Positions 9,247 to 19,405 of a stretch of DNA of 63,293 nt are shown here, piece by piece. Under the pieces are notes generated by a model. That model saw only the letters and a list, made by a program, of their open reading frames with translations, made no database searches and was not told where the DNA came from. Within the stretch, counting starts at the first letter, position 1. Each line of letters opens with the position of its first letter. Source of the DNA: Thermoanaerobaculia bacterium. GTDB lineage: Bacteria; Acidobacteriota; Thermoanaerobaculia; UBA5066. Location: contig DATKLW010000066.1 in the NCBI GenBank assembly GCA_035542215.1, positions 1 through 63,293 on the forward strand, written 5' to 3'. The position numbers and the translations under genes are program-made.

Positions 9247-9351
9247 GGGTACGGGCGTAGCCGCGTCCGAAGACCGGACCGCACCGCTTCGCCCGGCCGT
9301 CCGTCTCCGGGGGCGCATCGCCCGGAAAAAGGACACCAGGAGGCGCCAGCG

Positions 9352-11535
9352 TCAGCCGGCTTCGGCGTCCGAGGTCCGGAGCTTCCGGCGGACGTCCGTC
9401 ACTCCGGGAAGAGCCCGGAGGCCCACGAGGAGCCTCTCGAGGTGCCGCCGGTCCCGGGTCGTGACGCTCGCTTCGATCGTCGCGCGGCCGTCGCCGCTCG
9501 TCCGCGCCTCGATGGAGCGGATGTTCGAGTTCGCCGCCGACAGGAGCTGCGTGATTCGGGCGAGCATGCCCTGCCGGTCTTCCGTGTGGATCTCGAGGTC
9601 CACCGTGACCGACTGGTCCTTGACCTCTTCCCACTGCACGGCGATCTCGCGGCTCGGGTCGAAGAGAAGGCTCCGCACGTTCGGGCAGTTCACGGAGTGG
9701 ACCGAGACGCCCCGGCCGCGGGTCACGTAGCCCACGATCTCCTCGCCCGGCACCGGCTGGCAGCATTTTGCGAGCGTCGCGAGGAGGTCGTTCTCGCCCT
9801 TCACGCGGATGCCCGGCGCCGTCCCGAACGGCAGGACGCGTCGCATCGCGCTGCCGATCGCGGCCACTCGCGACGGGGGTGGCGCCTGGGCCTCGCCGCC
9901 CGCCTCGGGCAGGAGCCTGGCGACGACGGCCCGCGGGGCGAGCTTTCCGAAGCCGACGTCGGCGATGAGATCGTCCACCTTCGCGACGCCGAAATCGCCG
10001 AGAAGCGCGTCGAAGGCCTTCGCCTCGAGGAGTCTCGGCAGGCTTTTCTTCCACTTCTTGAGCTCGCGGTCGAGCAGGCGCCGCCCGATCTCGACGGACT
10101 TTTCCTTTTCGGCCGTGTGGATGAACGCGCGGATCTTGTTCTTCGCGCGCGCCGTCAGGGCGAAGGCGAGCCAGTCGCGCGAGGGCTGCGAGGTGGGCGA
10201 CGTCAGGATCTCGACGATGTCGCCGTTCTCGAGCGGCGTCTTCAGGGGCACGAGCCGCCCGTTCACGCGCGCGCCGGTCGTGTGGTGGCCGACGTCCGTG
10301 TGCACGCGGTACGCGAAATCGACGGGCGTCGCCCCGCGCGGGAACGCGAAGACCGCCCCCTTCGGGCTGAAGATGTAGACCTCGTCCGGGTAGAGGTCGA
10401 TGCGCAGCGACGACAGGAACTCCCGCGGGTCCGAGACGTCCTTCGTCGTCTCGAAGATCTGGCGCAGGAGCCCGACGTGCGCCTCCTGGGCGCGGCTCGC
10501 CTCCCCTTCCTTGTACTTCCAGTGCGCCGCGATCCCGTTCTCGGCGATGAGGTCCATTTCGCGCGTCCGGATCTGGACCTCGAACGGGACGGCCCCCTCC
10601 GGGACCAGCGTCGTGTGGAGCGACTGGTAGAAGTTCCGCTTCGGCATCGCGATGTAGTCCTTGATCCGCCCCGGAACGGGGCGCCAGGCCTGGTGCACGA
10701 TGCCGAGGACCGTGTAGCAGTCCGGGATGTTCGAGACGAGGATCCGGAACGCGAGGACGTCGTAGAGCTGCTCGAGCGGGATCGCCTGCCGGATGAGCTT
10801 CTGGCGGACGGACCAGTAGCGCTTCACGCGGCCCGTGATCTCCGCCTCGATGCCCATCGCCTGCGTCTTCGCGACGAGCTCCTGGCGGATCTTCTCGACG
10901 CTGGCGGCCGACGCCTTCATCCGCTCATCCACGGCCGCCTGGAGCGCGGCGAACTCCTCGGGGTAGAGGAACCGGAACGAGAGGTCCTCGAGCTCGCCCT
11001 TCATCTTGCCCATGCCGAGCCGGTTCGCGAGCGGGGCGTAGATCTCCATCGTCTCGGCGGCGACGGCGCGTTGCTTGCTCTCCGGCAGGTGCTCGAGCGT
11101 CCGCATGTTGTGGAGACGGTCCGCGAGCTTGACGAGGATGACCCGCAGGTCGTCCGTCATCGCGAGGAGCATCTTCCGGAACGTCTCGGCCTGCTGCGCC
11201 TCCTTCGACGTGAAGGCGTACCGGCCGATCTTCGTGACGCCGTCGACGAGGTGCGCGACGTCCGGCCCGAAGAGTCCGGCGAGCTTCTCCTTCGTGACCG
11301 ACGAGTCCTCGAGGACGTCGTGGAGGAGGCCCGCCGCGATCGACGCCTCGTCGAGCTTCATCTCCGCGAGGATCATCGCGACGTTCAGCGGGTGGACGAG
11401 GTACGGCTCGCCCGAGGAGCGGAGCTGGTTCTTGTGCTCATGGGCGGAGACGACGTAGGCGCGCCTCAGGAGGTCCTCGTCCACGTGGGGGTGGTAGGAC
11501 TCGACCTTCTCGAGGATGTCCTCGAAGCGCAACAC
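9352..11535 (-). CDS. rel: Bifunctional (p)ppGpp synthetase/hydrolase (RelA/SpoT homologue)
   Basis: 727 aa. HD hydrolase motifs ('HPLNVA', 'LLHDVLED'). Synthetase block ('YQSLHTTL'). TGS block ('VYIFSPKG...PVDFAY.VHTDVG'). C-terminal ACT-like domain. Confidence 0.95.
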   Translation of the reverse strand: MLRFEDILEKVESYHPHVDEDLLRRAYVVSAHEHKNQLRSSGEPYLVHPLNVAMILAEMKLDEASIAAGLLHDVLEDSSVTKEKLAGLFGPDVAHLVDGVTKIGRYAFTSKEAQQAETFRKMLLAMTDDLRVILVKLADRLHNMRTLEHLPESKQRAVAAETMEIYAPLANRLGMGKMKGELEDLSFRFLYPEEFAALQAAVDERMKASAASVEKIRQELVAKTQAMGIEAEITGRVKRYWSVRQKLIRQAIPLEQLYDVLAFRILVSNIPDCYTVLGIVHQAWRPVPGRIKDYIAMPKRNFYQSLHTTLVPEGAVPFEVQIRTREMDLIAENGIAAHWKYKEGEASRAQEAHVGLLRQIFETTKDVSDPREFLSSLRIDLYPDEVYIFSPKGAVFAFPRGATPVDFAYRVHTDVGHHTTGARVNGRLVPLKTPLENGDIVEILTSPTSQPSRDWLAFALTARAKNKIRAFIHTAEKEKSVEIGRRLLDRELKKWKKSLPRLLEAKAFDALLGDFGVAKVDDLIADVGFGKLAPRAVVARLLPEAGGEAQAPPPSRVAAIGSAMRRVLPFGTAPGIRVKGENDLLATLAKCCQPVPGEEIVGYVTRGRGVSVHSVNCPNVRSLLFDPSREIAVQWEEVKDQSVTVDLEIHTEDRQGMLARITQLLSAANSNIRSIEARTSGDGRATIEASVTTRDRRHLERLLVGLRALPGVTDVRRKLRTSDAEAG

Positions 11536-11588
11536 GGCGGCCCATTATCGTCCTTTCCGGCTATTCTCCGCACCCAACGAGGGATCGA

Positions 11589-12239
11589 ATGGACCTGCTG
11601 AAGCAGCTGATGGACGTCTTCCTGCACCTCGACAGGCACCTCGCCGACGTCGTGCGCGACTACGGCGCCTGGACGAACACGCTCCTCTTCATGATCGTCT
11701 TCTGCGAGACCGGTCTCGTCGTGACGCCGTTCCTGCCCGGCGACTCGCTCCTCTTCACCGCCGGGGCGCTCGCGGCCCTCGGAAACCTGAACGTCGCGCT
11801 CGTCTTCCTCCTCCTCTCCCTCGCCGCCGTCCTGGGAGACTCGGCCAACTACGCGATCGGGAAGAGAATCGGGCCGCGCGCGTTCGACGGCTCCGTGAAA
11901 TTCCTCAAGCAGGAGCACCTGAGGAAGACCGAGGCCTTCTACGAGAAGCACGGCAAGAAGACGATCATCCTCGCGCGCTTCGTCCCCATCGTGCGGACGT
12001 TCGCGCCGTTCGTCGCGGGCGTCGGCTCGATGACGTACGGGACGTTCCTCGCGTACAACGTGGTCGGCGGCGTCGCCTGGGTCGCGATCTGCGTCTTCTC
12101 GGGCTACTTCTTCGGGAACATCCCGGCCGTGAAGAAGAATTTCTCGCTCGTCGTCCTCGCGATCATCGGAATCTCGATGCTGCCTCTCCTCTGGGAGTGG
12201 TGGAAGGCGCGGAAGACCCGCGGAGGGACGCCGGCATGA
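11589..12239 (+). CDS. DedA family membrane protein
   Basis: 216 aa with the typical DedA core 'FCETGLVVTPFLPGDSLLFTAGALAA' and 'KTIILARFVPIVRTFAPFVAG'. Confidence 0.9.
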   Translation: MDLLKQLMDVFLHLDRHLADVVRDYGAWTNTLLFMIVFCETGLVVTPFLPGDSLLFTAGALAALGNLNVALVFLLLSLAAVLGDSANYAIGKRIGPRAFDGSVKFLKQEHLRKTEAFYEKHGKKTIILARFVPIVRTFAPFVAGVGSMTYGTFLAYNVVGGVAWVAICVFSGYFFGNIPAVKKNFSLVVLAIIGISMLPLLWEWWKARKTRGGTPA

Positions 12240-13483
12240 GCGGCGGCCGCGCGCGGAGCCGCTGGCTCTCCTCGACGGCGCTCATCTTCTACGCCCTCTT
12301 CCTCGGCGTCGCCCTCGGCCACGTCTTCCCGGCCGAGACGTACCCCGCCGCGTACGAGACGTTCCGCTTCCTCTCGAAGGCGTTCATCAGCCTCATCAAG
12401 ATGCTCGTCGTCCCCCTCATCTTCGCGACGATCGTCCTCGGGATCGGAAAGACGGGCGACGTGAAGGCCGTGGGACGGATGGGCGTCAAGGCGCTGATCT
12501 ACTTCGAGATCGCGACGACGGTCGCGCTCGTGATCGGACTCGTCTTCGCGAACGTCGTGAAGCCCGGCCTCGACCTCAAGCTCCCCGCGACGGGCGAGAC
12601 GGGGCTCGCGAAGCCGAAGACGCTCGTCGAGACGCTCCTCCATCTCTTTCCGTCGAACCCGATCGACGCGATGGCCCGGCAGGACATCCTGCAGGTCGTC
12701 ATCTTCGCGACGCTCCTCGGCGTCGCGGCGGCGCACGTGGGCGCGCAGCGCGCAAAGCCGTTCGTCGACTTCTTCGACGCCGCGGTCGCGGTCCTGTTCA
12801 AGCTCACGGACTACGTGATGTCCCTCACGCCGCTCGGCGTCTTCGGCGCGATGGCGGGCGCCGTCTCGCACCACGGGATCACGGTCCTCGGAAGCTACGC
12901 GAAGCTCGTCGGATCGCTCTACGGGGCGCTCGTCGTCTTCGCGCTCGTCGTCCTCGTCCCGGCGCTCGCGCTCTGCCGCGTCTCCGTCCGCCGCTTCTTC
13001 GCGAAGGTCCGCGAACCGTTCCTCATCGCCTTCTCGACGGCGTCCTCCGAGGCCGCTCTCCCCCGGGCGCTCGAGCGCATCGTCGAGTTCGGCGTCCCGA
13101 AGGGCGTCGCGGGCTTCGTCCTGCCCGCGGGATACAGCTTCAACCTCGACGGCTCGACGCTCTACATCGTCCTCGCGACGCTCACGATCGCCCAGGCCGC
13201 CGGACGGCACCTCTCGCTCGTCGAGCAGGCGACGATGTGCCTCGTCTTCATGCTGACGTCGAAGGGCGTCGCGGCCGTCCCGCGCGCGTCGCTCGTGATC
13301 ATCGCGGCCGGCTGCGCGAGCTTCAACCTGCCGGGCGAGGCGGGCGTCGCGATGATCCTCGCCGTGGACGAGCTCATGGACATGGCCCGCACGTCGATCA
13401 ACCTCGCGGGCAACTGCGTCGCCGCGGTCGTCGTCGCGAAGTGGGAAGGCGTCCTCGGCCCCGAGGCCGGGGACGCGGTCTAG
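12236..13483 (+). CDS. Dicarboxylate/amino acid:cation symporter (GltP/DctA family)
   Basis: In frame within ORF 11516..13483. ATG 12236 overlaps the dedA stop (ATGA). DAACS motifs 'AFSTASSEAALP' and 'FNLDGSTLY'. Multiple TM helices. Confidence 0.9.
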   Translation: MSGGRARSRWLSSTALIFYALFLGVALGHVFPAETYPAAYETFRFLSKAFISLIKMLVVPLIFATIVLGIGKTGDVKAVGRMGVKALIYFEIATTVALVIGLVFANVVKPGLDLKLPATGETGLAKPKTLVETLLHLFPSNPIDAMARQDILQVVIFATLLGVAAAHVGAQRAKPFVDFFDAAVAVLFKLTDYVMSLTPLGVFGAMAGAVSHHGITVLGSYAKLVGSLYGALVVFALVVLVPALALCRVSVRRFFAKVREPFLIAFSTASSEAALPRALERIVEFGVPKGVAGFVLPAGYSFNLDGSTLYIVLATLTIAQAAGRHLSLVEQATMCLVFMLTSKGVAAVPRASLVIIAAGCASFNLPGEAGVAMILAVDELMDMARTSINLAGNCVAAVVVAKWEGVLGPEAGDAV

Positions 13484-13487
13484 CTCC

Positions 13488-14711
13488 TCAGCGCGCTTTC
13501 GCCGGCTTGCCGGGCTTCACGGGCGCCGGTGCCGCGGACGACTTCGCCGCCGCCTTCTTCTGCCGCCACTCTTCCCACACGATCACGAGCGGCGCGGCGA
13601 TGAAGATCGACGAGTACGTCCCGACGATGATCCCGATGATCATGACGAACGAGAAGCCGCGCAGGACCTCGCCGCCGAGGAAGAAGAGGACGACGACGAC
13701 GACGAACGTGAGGAGCGACGTCAGGACCGTCCGCGAGAGCGTCTGGTTGATCGAGTGGTTCACGAGCTCGGTGAGCGGCGCGCGCCGGTTCTTCTCGCGG
13801 TTCTCGCGGATCCGGTCGAAGACGACGACCGTGTCGTTCACGGAGTAGCCGATGAGCGTCAGGAACGCGGCGACGACCGTGAGCGAGATCTCGAGGTTGA
13901 GGATCGAGCAGAGGCCGAGCGTGGTCCAGGTGTCGTGGATGAGCGCGACGACCGCCGCGGTCCCGAACGAGACCGAGCGGAAGCGGAACGCGATGTAGAG
14001 GAGCATCGCGGCCCACGAGAAGAGGATCGCCCAGAAGCCTTTCTCGCGCAGGTCCTTTCCGACCTGCGGGCCGACGTTCTCGGCGGACAGGAGGGTGAAC
14101 GGGCCGGCGATCGTCTTGGCCTTGAGCCAGTCGGCGATCGTCGGCGAGACGCCCGGCGTCTTCGCGGCCTCGTCGACGGACGCGAAGAGGCCCTTCTCGG
14201 ACCGCGCCGCGATGAGCGCCTGGGCGACGCGTCCGTACTCGACCTTCGGGTCGACGTTCGGGCGCTGCGCCGCGTGCTCGGGGTCGTCGGCGACGAGCTT
14301 GTTCAGGAGGACGTCGGCGCCGTTGAGGTTCAGGTCGAACGCGTCCGGGGCCGCGCCGGCCGGGTGCAGCGCCGCGGTAAGGGCCGCCGTGACCTCCTTC
14401 GAGACGTCACGGCCTTCCTTCTTCTCCATCGGGACGCGCAGGAGCACCTGGTTGCGCTCGGCCTTGTCGTAGCGCTGAACGGACGTCACCTTGACGCTCG
14501 CCGCCTCGACGATCTTCCGGATCTGGTCCTCGTCGGGCGTCTTCGAGAACGCGTAGACGATCTGGGCGCCGCCGGTGAAGTCGATCCCGAGGTTCGGGCC
14601 GCGCTTGGCGACGAGCGAGATCGTGCCGATGAGGATCGAGAGGATCGACAGCGAGATGCAGATCCACTTGATCTTCAGGAAGTCGATGTTGGTCTTGTGG
14701 AAGAGACGCAC
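13488..14711 (-). CDS. secF: Protein translocase subunit SecF
   Basis: 407 aa. N-terminus 'FDFLKIKW'-like block, 'GIDFTGG', and the RND-like 6-TM C-terminus. GTG start with a GGAGAA SD. Directly downstream of secD. Confidence 0.95.
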   Translation of the reverse strand: MRLFHKTNIDFLKIKWICISLSILSILIGTISLVAKRGPNLGIDFTGGAQIVYAFSKTPDEDQIRKIVEAASVKVTSVQRYDKAERNQVLLRVPMEKKEGRDVSKEVTAALTAALHPAGAAPDAFDLNLNGADVLLNKLVADDPEHAAQRPNVDPKVEYGRVAQALIAARSEKGLFASVDEAAKTPGVSPTIADWLKAKTIAGPFTLLSAENVGPQVGKDLREKGFWAILFSWAAMLLYIAFRFRSVSFGTAAVVALIHDTWTTLGLCSILNLEISLTVVAAFLTLIGYSVNDTVVVFDRIRENREKNRRAPLTELVNHSINQTLSRTVLTSLLTFVVVVVLFFLGGEVLRGFSFVMIIGIIVGTYSSIFIAAPLVIVWEEWRQKKAAAKSSAAPAPVKPGKPAKAR

Positions 14712-14724
14712 GCGATTCTCCGAT

Positions 14725-16356
14725 TCAGATGGACACGGTCTCGACGCGCTCCTTCGGCCCGTAGATCAGGTCGAACAGGAGGTGCGAAACGAAGACCGCG
14801 GTGAAGACCGACGCGAGGAGGCCGATGACGAGCGTGACGGCGAAGCCCTTGACGGGCCCCGTGCCGAACTGGAAGAGGAAGAGCGCGGCCGAGATCGTCG
14901 TGACGTGGGTGTCGACGATGGTTCCCCACGCACGCTTGAACCCGAGGTCGATCGCGTTCTTCGGGGCCTTGCCGTTGTCCATCTCCTCGCGGATGCGCTC
15001 GAAGATGAGGACGTTCGAGTCGACGGCCATGCCGATCGTGAGGATGAAGCCCGCGATGCCCGGCAGCGTGAGCGTCGCGTTGATGTACGCCATCGCGCCG
15101 AGCAGGATGACCGCGTTCAGGACGAGCGCGAGGACCGCGTTCACGCCCGCGAGACGGTAGTAGAGGACGACGACGATGAAGACGCAGATCATCCCGACGA
15201 CGGACGCGAGGACGCCCTTCTTGATCGAGTCGAGCCCGAGCGACGGCCCGACGGTGCGCTCCTCGAGAACGATCATCTCGGCGGGGAGCGCGCCCGAGCG
15301 CAGGACGAGCGCGAGCGCGTCCGCTTTCTCGGCCGTGAAGTTGCCTTCGATGATGCCGCTCTCCTTGATCTGGCTGTTGATGTTCGGCGCCGACACGACG
15401 CGGTTGTCGAGGACGATCGCGAGATGCTTGTTGATGTTCTCGCCCGTGACCTTCGCGAACTTCACGGCGCCGGGCGCCGTCAGGAAGAACATGACGGCCG
15501 GCTGGTTGAACTTGTCGCGGTCGACGCGGGCGTTCTTGAGGTCGCGCCCCGTGACGGCGGCCGCGCGCTTGAGGACGTACGTGACCGGCGTGCGCGTCCG
15601 CGCGTCCGCGTCCTCGCTGTAGCCCTCGACCATGCGGAGGTCGTCCGGGATCGTCCCGCCGTACGCCGCCTTTGCGCCCTCGGGCGTCGGGTACGGGCCG
15701 CCCCGGTCGTCCACGAGCGTCAGCTCGAGGAGGCCGGTCGTGCCGATGATCTCCTTCACGCGGCTCGGGTCGTCGACGCCGGGGATCTCGACCACGATGC
15801 GGTCGGTGCCCTGGCGCTGGATGACCGGCTCGGCGACGCCGAGGGCGTCCACGCGGGTCCGGATCGTCTCGACGGCCTGGCGCGTCGCGAGATCCTCGAT
15901 CGTCGTCCGCTCCACGTCCTTGAAGCCGATCTTCCATTCCCGGCCGCGCTCGTCCACGGACCACGAGTTCGGCGGCAGGATCGACCTCACGAGATCCTTG
16001 AGCTTGGCCTGGTCGGTCTTCTCGTCGAGCTTCAGCGTGAAGCCCGTGCCGTCCGCGGGGCCCGCCGGGATCACGGCGACGCCGCGCTTCGTGCCCTCGT
16101 CCTTGAGGCGCTCGAGCGTGTCCTGCGCCTCGACCCTCAGGGCGTCGGACGTCTTGACCTGCATCACGAGGTGGATGCCGCCCTTGAGGTCCAGGCCCAG
16201 CTTGAGGCCGTTTCGAAGGACCTCGGCCGTCGTGGGATTCGGCGGAGCGGTGGGCGACTTCTTGAGCGCCTCGTGGCCGCGCCACCAGTAGGCGCCGGTC
16301 GAACCGAGAAGGACGGCCAACGTCACGGCGACGCGCCATCCGGTGGGCTTGTTCAC
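14725..16356 (-). CDS. secD: Protein translocase subunit SecD
   Basis: 543 aa with 'LKLGLDLKGGIHLV', a periplasmic P1 domain and a 6-TM C-terminus. GTG start with a GGAGG SD. Confidence 0.95.
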   Translation of the reverse strand: MNKPTGWRVAVTLAVLLGSTGAYWWRGHEALKKSPTAPPNPTTAEVLRNGLKLGLDLKGGIHLVMQVKTSDALRVEAQDTLERLKDEGTKRGVAVIPAGPADGTGFTLKLDEKTDQAKLKDLVRSILPPNSWSVDERGREWKIGFKDVERTTIEDLATRQAVETIRTRVDALGVAEPVIQRQGTDRIVVEIPGVDDPSRVKEIIGTTGLLELTLVDDRGGPYPTPEGAKAAYGGTIPDDLRMVEGYSEDADARTRTPVTYVLKRAAAVTGRDLKNARVDRDKFNQPAVMFFLTAPGAVKFAKVTGENINKHLAIVLDNRVVSAPNINSQIKESGIIEGNFTAEKADALALVLRSGALPAEMIVLEERTVGPSLGLDSIKKGVLASVVGMICVFIVVVLYYRLAGVNAVLALVLNAVILLGAMAYINATLTLPGIAGFILTIGMAVDSNVLIFERIREEMDNGKAPKNAIDLGFKRAWGTIVDTHVTTISAALFLFQFGTGPVKGFAVTLVIGLLASVFTAVFVSHLLFDLIYGPKERVETVSI

Positions 16357-16480
16357 GAACTCAACCTCCGGGAGCGGGCCCGGCCGGGGGCGGCCGAGGC
16401 CACCGGAGCGACGGGAAACCCGCGGGATAGACCCGGCTTCTCCGGGCGAACCGGCGAAGTCTAGCAGAACCCCGGCCGGT

Positions 16481-19405
16481 TCAGTCCCGCGCGGCCGAAG
16501 CCTCGCCGTTCCCGCGCGCGGCCGCCGCCGGCCGCGAGGAGAACGGAGCGAGCGAGACGCGGGCGAGCCTGCCCGCCGCGGCCTCGCCGAGCGCCGCCAG
16601 GAGGCGCTCGTGCCGCCACGCGTGGCAGGACACGACGAGCACCGGCCGCTCCGAGAGCACCTCCATCGCGAGGAAGCGCATGACGGCGACGAACCGCTCG
16701 TCGTCGGCGCCCACGAGGGGGTCGTCGAGCAGCAGAGGGACGCCCGCGACGCCGGTCCCGAGGTAACGGAGCGCGGCGAGCCTCGCCGTGAGGTGAAGCT
16801 GCTCGCGGGCGCCGGTCGAGAGGCCCGACTCGATCTCCGTTTTCGTCGCGACCCTCCCGCCCTTCACGAGCGCCGAGAGCGTGAGCTCGTCGGAGAACTC
16901 GAGCGCCTCGTACGGCGTCTTCCACGTCGAGAGGATCGCGCGCGACGCCTCGTTGAGCCCCCGGCGGAAGTCCGAATACACGGACGTCGCCGCCGCGCCC
17001 AGGGAGGTCCGCGCGAGTTCGACGGCGTCGCGAAAGAGCGTCGCGCGCCGGAGGAGCGCCTCGGCCGTCTCGATCTCCTCCTCCACGTCGCGAGCGCCGT
17101 CGCCCCCCTCGCGCGCCGCCGCCGCGAGCGTCCGCTCCGCCGAGAGGCGGCTCTCGTCCGCCCGCGCGAGCGCGGCCCGCGACTGCTCCGCGGCGCGGCG
17201 GGCCTCCTCCGGCGTGCCCACCGCCTCGGGAATCGCGCCGCCCGCTTCGGAAGTTCGCCGCGCGATCTCCGCGTCGAGCGCGGCGAGGCGGGCGGCGAGC
17301 TCCTCCGCGTTGCCCGCCCCCTCGGCTTCGCGCCGGGCCGGAAGGTCGTGCTCCTGGAGCTGGCGGAACTTCGCGGCCTTCCGGCGCCCGGCCTCGACCG
17401 CGAGGAGCGCCTCGGCGAGCGGCAGGCCCGCGGGGACGCCCGTCGCGGCCAGAGCATCGCGCAGGCGCCTCTCGAGGTCGCGCAGGTCGGCGTCCTCCCG
17501 CGCGAGACGCTCGCTCTCCTTGGCGAGGACCTCCTCGCGTGTCCGCGTCTCCTGCCGCACGAGGCCGAACTCCGCGACGAGGTCGAGGAGGCGGGCGGCC
17601 GCGCCCGCCTCGGGGACGCCCGGGGGAAGGCCGAGCGTCTCGCGGAAAGCCGCGAAGCCCGCGTCAAGCGCCTCGAAGCGCCCTCGCGCGTCGTCGCGGC
17701 GCGTCGTCGCCGCGGCGAGCGCGCGCCGCCGGTCGTCCGCCGCGCGCACGCGCCGGTGGGCCTTCAGGAGGGCGGCGGCGTCCCGGAACCCGGCGCCCTT
17801 CGCCGCGCGGTCGAGGCGAAGCCGCACGTCCGACAGGCGGCGCCGGATCTCGGTCGCCCTGCGCCGCGCGGCGGCTTCCTCCTCGCGGGCGCGCGCCTCG
17901 TCCGCGGCCCGGTAGTCCGCAGCGCGCCCCCATCCGACGGCGCCGGAGATTCCGAGCGTCAGGACGAAGACCGCGAGCGCGACGGCCATCCACACGGGGA
18001 CGCCGGCCGACGGCCATGCGAACCAGGCGGCGACCGGGACGAGGGCCACGGCCGCACCGGCGATCCCCTTCGCGAGCCGGAGTCGCTGCCCGCGCTCGCC
18101 CGCGACGATCGCCGCGAGGGCGGATGCGTCGGCCACCTTTCGGTCGAGCTTCACGCCTTCGAGCTCGAGTGCGCCGCGCTCTTCCTCCGCCCCGACGACG
18201 AACTCGCGGTCTTCGGCCGGGACCCCGTCCAGCCGGACGATCTCCTCGGCGAGCCCGTCGGAGCGCAGCGCCTCCCACTGTCCCTCGAGCGCGCGCTCGG
18301 CCTCCGCGAGCTCTTTCCGGAGACTCGCGAGCGAGCGGAGAAGGACTTCGAGCCTCGCACGCGCCTCGTCTTCCAGCCGCGACACGGCCCCGAAGCGGTG
18401 CGCGAGGTCGCCGGCGTCGCGCGACGCCTCGCGCAGGCTCGCCTCGAGCGCGGCGCGCGCGCCCTCCAGCGCCTGCGGCCGCGTCCCGCGCTCCTCGCGG
18501 AGGCGGTCCACGGCGGCGAGGGCCGCGTCGGAGAACAGCGCGGCCTCTGGAGCGAGCGCCTTCGCCTCGCTCTCCGTCTCGCGCCGCTTCTCCACCGCGG
18601 CAGTTGCGACGTCGAGGCGTTCCTTCAGCGCCCGGCGCTCGGCGGCGATCGCGGCGATGTCCGCGAGGTCGGCGAGGCGCCGCACCTCGTCCCTCTCGCG
18701 CGTGCGGTAGGCGAGGGCGGCGGAGGCCTGTGCGGCCTCGCGCCTTCTGTGTGCGAGAGCGTCGCGCCGGGCCTTGAGGGCGTCGAGCTTTCTCGTCAGG
18801 CGCGAGATCTCCGTGTCGACCGAGACGGCGCCGCCCGTCGACGCGCCCGGCATCTCCTTGCGCGCCGTCTCGAGCGCCTTGAGCGCTCTCACGACGGACG
18901 CCTCGCCGCCGCCCGAGTCCGCGATGCGCGCGAGCTCGACGGTGAGGCCCGCCTCGAGCCGGTCCGTGTCGAGGACGTTCTGCTTCACGTACGCGGTCGC
19001 GCGGAACAGGGGCTCGCCGAGGCCGCCCGTGACGATCTCGCCGAAGACGTCGCGGCCACCGGGGCGCAGGAACTCCGCCGTCGCGTCGGCGCCGCGATCG
19101 CGGTCGAGGATGAGGAGCGTCCCGGCATCCAGGTCGCGGTCGATGGACCATCTCCGGCCTCCCGCGGACACGTCGAGTCCGACGCGCATCGGCGCGCCGC
19201 TCCGCGGGCGACGCAGCTCGCGCACCCTCGTCGCGACGCCGCGCGTCTTCGGGAGTCCGTAGAGCGCCGTCACGATCGCCTCGCAGAGAGTCGTCTTGCC
19301 CGTCTCGTTCGGGTCGACGGCGAGGAGGACGCAGCCTTCGGGCCAGGCGAGGTCGAGGCCCCGGAGCGCGCCGAAGCCCTCGACCCGGATCCGCTCGATC
19401 CTCAC
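16481..19405 (-). CDS. SbcC/YhaN-like SMC-type AAA ATPase with an internal two-helix membrane anchor
   Basis: ORF track 16481..20254, trimmed to GTG 19405, which overlaps the upstream stop (GTGA). P-loop 'DPNETGKTT'. Long Ala/Arg/Glu coiled coils. Hydrophobic hairpin at about aa 447-493 (GIAGAAVALVPVAAWFAW...VWMAVALAVFVLTLGISGAVGW; nt 17927-18067). C-terminal signature 'LSTGAREQ' and Walker B 'LLLDDP'. Confidence 0.8.
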   Translation of the reverse strand: MRIERIRVEGFGALRGLDLAWPEGCVLLAVDPNETGKTTLCEAIVTALYGLPKTRGVATRVRELRRPRSGAPMRVGLDVSAGGRRWSIDRDLDAGTLLILDRDRGADATAEFLRPGGRDVFGEIVTGGLGEPLFRATAYVKQNVLDTDRLEAGLTVELARIADSGGGEASVVRALKALETARKEMPGASTGGAVSVDTEISRLTRKLDALKARRDALAHRRREAAQASAALAYRTRERDEVRRLADLADIAAIAAERRALKERLDVATAAVEKRRETESEAKALAPEAALFSDAALAAVDRLREERGTRPQALEGARAALEASLREASRDAGDLAHRFGAVSRLEDEARARLEVLLRSLASLRKELAEAERALEGQWEALRSDGLAEEIVRLDGVPAEDREFVVGAEEERGALELEGVKLDRKVADASALAAIVAGERGQRLRLAKGIAGAAVALVPVAAWFAWPSAGVPVWMAVALAVFVLTLGISGAVGWGRAADYRAADEARAREEEAAARRRATEIRRRLSDVRLRLDRAAKGAGFRDAAALLKAHRRVRAADDRRRALAAATTRRDDARGRFEALDAGFAAFRETLGLPPGVPEAGAAARLLDLVAEFGLVRQETRTREEVLAKESERLAREDADLRDLERRLRDALAATGVPAGLPLAEALLAVEAGRRKAAKFRQLQEHDLPARREAEGAGNAEELAARLAALDAEIARRTSEAGGAIPEAVGTPEEARRAAEQSRAALARADESRLSAERTLAAAAREGGDGARDVEEEIETAEALLRRATLFRDAVELARTSLGAAATSVYSDFRRGLNEASRAILSTWKTPYEALEFSDELTLSALVKGGRVATKTEIESGLSTGAREQLHLTARLAALRYLGTGVAGVPLLLDDPLVGADDERFVAVMRFLAMEVLSERPVLVVSCHAWRHERLLAALGEAAAGRLARVSLAPFSSRPAAAARGNGEASAARD

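Noticed and set aside
9124-11601. 825-aa plus-strand ORF antisense to rel
   Set aside because: Shadow ORF (Arg/Asp/Glu-rich, no motifs). The minus frame is an unambiguous RelA/SpoT homologue.
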